Positions 62,641 through 64,000 of a stretch of 64,000 nucleotides of DNA are shown piece by piece (positions within the stretch are counted from its first letter, which is position 1; each line of letters opens with the position of its first letter). The DNA is from a bacterium HR15 (lineage in GTDB: Bacteria > Armatimonadota > Fimbriimonadia > Fimbriimonadales > GBS-DC): positions 1,416 to 65,415 of the forward strand of contig BEHR01000014.1 of the NCBI GenBank assembly GCA_002898555.1, read 5' to 3'. Position numbers and translations under genes: made by a program. The notes beneath the pieces were generated by a model that searched no databases, was not told where the DNA came from, and saw nothing but the letters and a program-made list of their open reading frames with translations.

Positions 62641-63999
62641 TTAGTTCTCCAGTGTGCGCAGGGCGGTTAGCAGCAGGTGCAGGCATTCGTCCACCAGCTC
62701 AACGGTTTCGGCTTCCACCATCACGCGAATGGCGCTTTCGGTGCCGGAGGCGCGGATATTGAGCCGTCCTCGTCCGTTGAGCATCATCTGCACCTGTTCC
62801 ATCGCTGCCTGCACCGTTGGATGGTCGCGCCATGCATGCTTATCGCGCACCGCGATGCTCACCAAGCGTTGCGGGAAGGGTTCGAACGGGTGGGCGATTT
62901 CGGAGAAGGGCTGGTCGCTTTGGAGATAGAGGTACAGGGTCTGCAGCATGGTGATCAGTCCGTCGCCTGTGGTGGCGACCTCGCGGAAAATGATATGTCC
63001 CGATTGCTCACCCCCGATTAGGGCATGGTGCTGGCACATCGCCTCGGCAACATATCGGTCGCCCACGCGCGTGCGTATGAGTTGAATGCCTTCTGCTTGC
63101 AGCCTGCGTTCCATGCCGAGGTTGCTCATCTCGGTGGCAACCACGAGAGGTGGGTTCAGCGTGCCTTGTGCGTGTCGCCGGAGCGCCCACAGCGTCATGA
63201 TGCAGTCGCCATCGGCAGGGTCGGCGTTCTCATCACAGAACAGGGCACGGTCCGCATCCCCGTCGAACGCCACGCCCAGCTCCGCGCCCGATTGCAGCAC
63301 CGCTTGCTGCAGGTTCTCCAGATGGGTGGAACCGCAGCCCGCGTTGATGTTGTCGCCATCTGGCTCGCACGCAAAGAGGCTTACGCGGGCGCCCAGTTCG
63401 CTGAGCAAGGCAGGTGCGTAGTGGCTGGCGGCGCCGTTCGCGCAATCGACGGCGATATGGATGCCCTGTAGTGGCTCGCGCTCGCCTGTCCACTCGCGCA
63501 TCAGGTGCAGCAGGTGGAGCAGATACTGCTCGCCTTCCCGCTCGTCATAGCGCCACAGCCCGATAGCCGATGCAGGTGGGTAAGAAAACGGTTCGCAGGT
63601 CTCCTCCAGCAGCGTCTCGATCGTCCGCTCCGCCTCGTCAGGGAACTTGTAGCCGTCGCTGCCGATGAGTTTGATGCCGTTATCTTGTGCGGGGTTGTGC
63701 GAGGCGGACAAAACGATCCCCAGATCGTAGTGCCCTTCACGCACGAGATAGGCAATAGCAGGGGTGGGCAACACCCCGGCGGAGGTCACATGCGCCCCCA
63801 TCGCGCAGAGTCCACTGATGAGCGCGGCTTCGAGCATGGCGCCGCTGCGGCGGGTATCGCGTCCAATCAGGATTCGGGGTGTGGGCGACTGTTCGTGTAG
63901 ATACAGGGCAATTGCGCGTCCCAATCGTAGTGCGAACTCGGGCGTGAGCAGCTCGTTCGCCACACCCCGAATGCCGTCCGTGCCAAAATAGCGTTTCAT
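62641..63999 (-). CDS. glmM: Phosphoglucosamine mutase
   Basis: MKRYFGTDGIRGVANE, phosphoserine loop SASHNPAQDNGIK, 452 aa. ATG at 63999, one base from the window edge. Confidence 0.95.
   Translation of the reverse strand: MKRYFGTDGIRGVANELLTPEFALRLGRAIALYLHEQSPTPRILIGRDTRRSGAMLEAALISGLCAMGAHVTSAGVLPTPAIAYLVREGHYDLGIVLSASHNPAQDNGIKLIGSDGYKFPDEAERTIETLLEETCEPFSYPPASAIGLWRYDEREGEQYLLHLLHLMREWTGEREPLQGIHIAVDCANGAASHYAPALLSELGARVSLFACEPDGDNINAGCGSTHLENLQQAVLQSGAELGVAFDGDADRALFCDENADPADGDCIMTLWALRRHAQGTLNPPLVVATEMSNLGMERRLQAEGIQLIRTRVGDRYVAEAMCQHHALIGGEQSGHIIFREVATTGDGLITMLQTLYLYLQSDQPFSEIAHPFEPFPQRLVSIAVRDKHAWRDHPTVQAAMEQVQMMLNGRGRLNIRASGTESAIRVMVEAETVELVDECLHLLLTALRTLEN
62647..62676 (-). repeat. 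Right copy of the island-flanking direct repeat (functional 3' end of glmM)
   Basis: See left copy; offset 7747 bp. The four consecutive mismatches are CACA vs TGTG (all transitions). Confidence 0.6.
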
Positions 64000-64000
64000 C

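Larger units (their letters stand above)
54900..62676 (-). mobile_element. Putative genomic island (Type III R-M plus MNT/HEPN genes) between trpD and glmM, bounded by imperfect 30-bp direct repeats
   Basis: Repeats at 54900-54929 and 62647-62676 match at 25/30 positions with a perfect 15-nt core CGCAGGGCGGTTAGC. AT-rich patches lie inside. No integrase or transposase gene recognised. Confidence 0.4.

Overview
GC-rich (about 60% outside a few AT-rich tracts) chromosomal segment of a diderm bacterium. It holds about 60 protein-coding genes. I saw no rRNA, tRNA or CRISPR array. Left to right:
- an AT-rich, edge-truncated dockerin-tagged secreted protein that is missing from the ORF track
- M14 carboxypeptidase, pyrF, thioredoxin-like redoxin, AraC regulator
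- a lipid A/LPS block: lipoprotein, LptC/OstA-like, lpxC, fabZ, lpxA, lpxB, ICMT-like
- an Rpn/PD-(D/E)XK nuclease with a 12-bp x7 repeat
- anmK, a plsY-AMMECR1-like fusion, smc, PAP2, LonC-like protease, TIM-barrel isomerase, SPOR protein, sigma-70
- a pentahaem cytochrome c-FN3 protein co-transcribed with a divergent copper-amine-oxidase-like protein
- recO, PEP-CTERM protein, ruvB, ribBA
- a MazF-type TA pair coupled to cinA-thpR
- an OM beta-barrel plus pstSCA, with no pstB
- a Moco operon (moaA, moaC-mog, TSUP permease, moeA, moaD, moaE, mobA) behind a ~300-nt leader
- hutH, a second dockerin protein, a REC-histidine kinase, an M28 peptidase, a second MazF-type TA, larB, an amidohydrolase, a DUF1559-like prepilin protein, trpD

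The most unusual locus is a ~7.7-kb island between trpD and glmM. It carries a Type III R-M system whose mod and res genes are separated by three tightly coupled nucleotidyltransferase/HEPN genes. A paralogous MNT-HEPN pair sits upstream. The island also has a perfectly duplicated 42-nt leaderless promoter and imperfect flanking direct repeats that duplicate the 3' end of glmM.

Many ORF-track N-termini are over-extended because of TTG/GTG starts. GGTATAAT-type -10 boxes lie 6-10 nt from ATG codons, which points to frequent leaderless transcripts. All functional calls come from motif recognition by eye; no database search was run.
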